Notes under the pieces: generated by a model | Database searches by the model: none | Seen by the model: the letters and a program-made list of their open reading frames with translations, nothing else | Told to the model about the DNA's origin: nothing | Position numbers and translations under genes: made by a program | Part shown: positions 63,849 to 64,000 of the stretch, piece by piece | Layout: each line of letters begins with the position of its first letter | How positions within the stretch are numbered: position 1 is the stretch's first letter | DNA from: Bacillota bacterium | GTDB taxonomy: Bacteria > Bacillota > DULZ01 | Direction: 5' to 3' | Assembly: GCA_050951405.1 (NCBI GenBank) | Contig: JBMNIZ010000016.1 | Span: 65,544 to 129,543, forward strand | DNA length: 64,000 nt

Positions 63849-64000
63849 AGGGATTGAGTATTGGGAGGTTATTGGAAATTTACTTACTAGAAAATACACT
63901 CTGAGCTAGTTTATGAAACCCACGAGCATTGGCATGTTGCGATCCTTCAACCAACACTGCATTGGAGAAATTTGGGCAAGATGAATTCAGACAAAGCCCG

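Overview
This 64-kb window is a chromosomal segment from a spore-forming Firmicutes-type genome, indicated by sigI-rsgI, SpoIID-like and BofC-like genes and by Bacillus-like synteny. About 21-62 kb is a housekeeping block, almost all on the minus strand, in B. subtilis-like order: cysK, nadE, yebC, ctaB-like, bofC-like, ruvCAB, tatC, a molybdenum-cofactor cluster (mobA, MoeA_N/MoCF protein, moeA, mobB), sigI-rsgI, spoIID-like, queA-tgt-yajC, a mazEF-like pair, secDF, recJ, relA-dtd, an MBL hydrolase, a T-box-controlled hisS-aspS operon, tcdA, trxA, rarA and rrf2-nifS-nifU-mnmA. About 0-21 kb is an accessory region. It starts with a Com-like zinc-finger ORF and an IS nest: an rve/DDE element I call IS-A, directly abutting an IS30-family element whose left end carries a nested IS21-family element (istAB). 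A sulfonate (taurine-type) catabolic island follows: a TetR regulator, a GltS-like symporter, TRAP dctM-dctP-dctQ, and on the minus strand tpa, xsc and an M20 amidohydrolase, plus a PocR-domain histidine kinase with a REC-AraC response regulator and an AI-2E transporter. Second copies of IS-A (42.6-44.2 kb) and IS30 (62.5-63.7 kb) sit in inverted orientation to the first copies. An IS1634-family element with a ~55-bp target duplication lies at 26.9-28.9 kb. Most of the mobile elements show unusually long flanking direct repeats. The IS-A terminal hairpin has a 24-bp core that is flipped between the two copies. Many conserved genes are broken by frameshifts (xsc, tpa, dctPQ, M20, aspS, hisS, relA, dtd, rarA, mnmA, sigI, mobA, tatC). 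The ones I checked fall in homopolymers, so indel-prone assembly is the likelier cause, and all CDS ends here are approximate.
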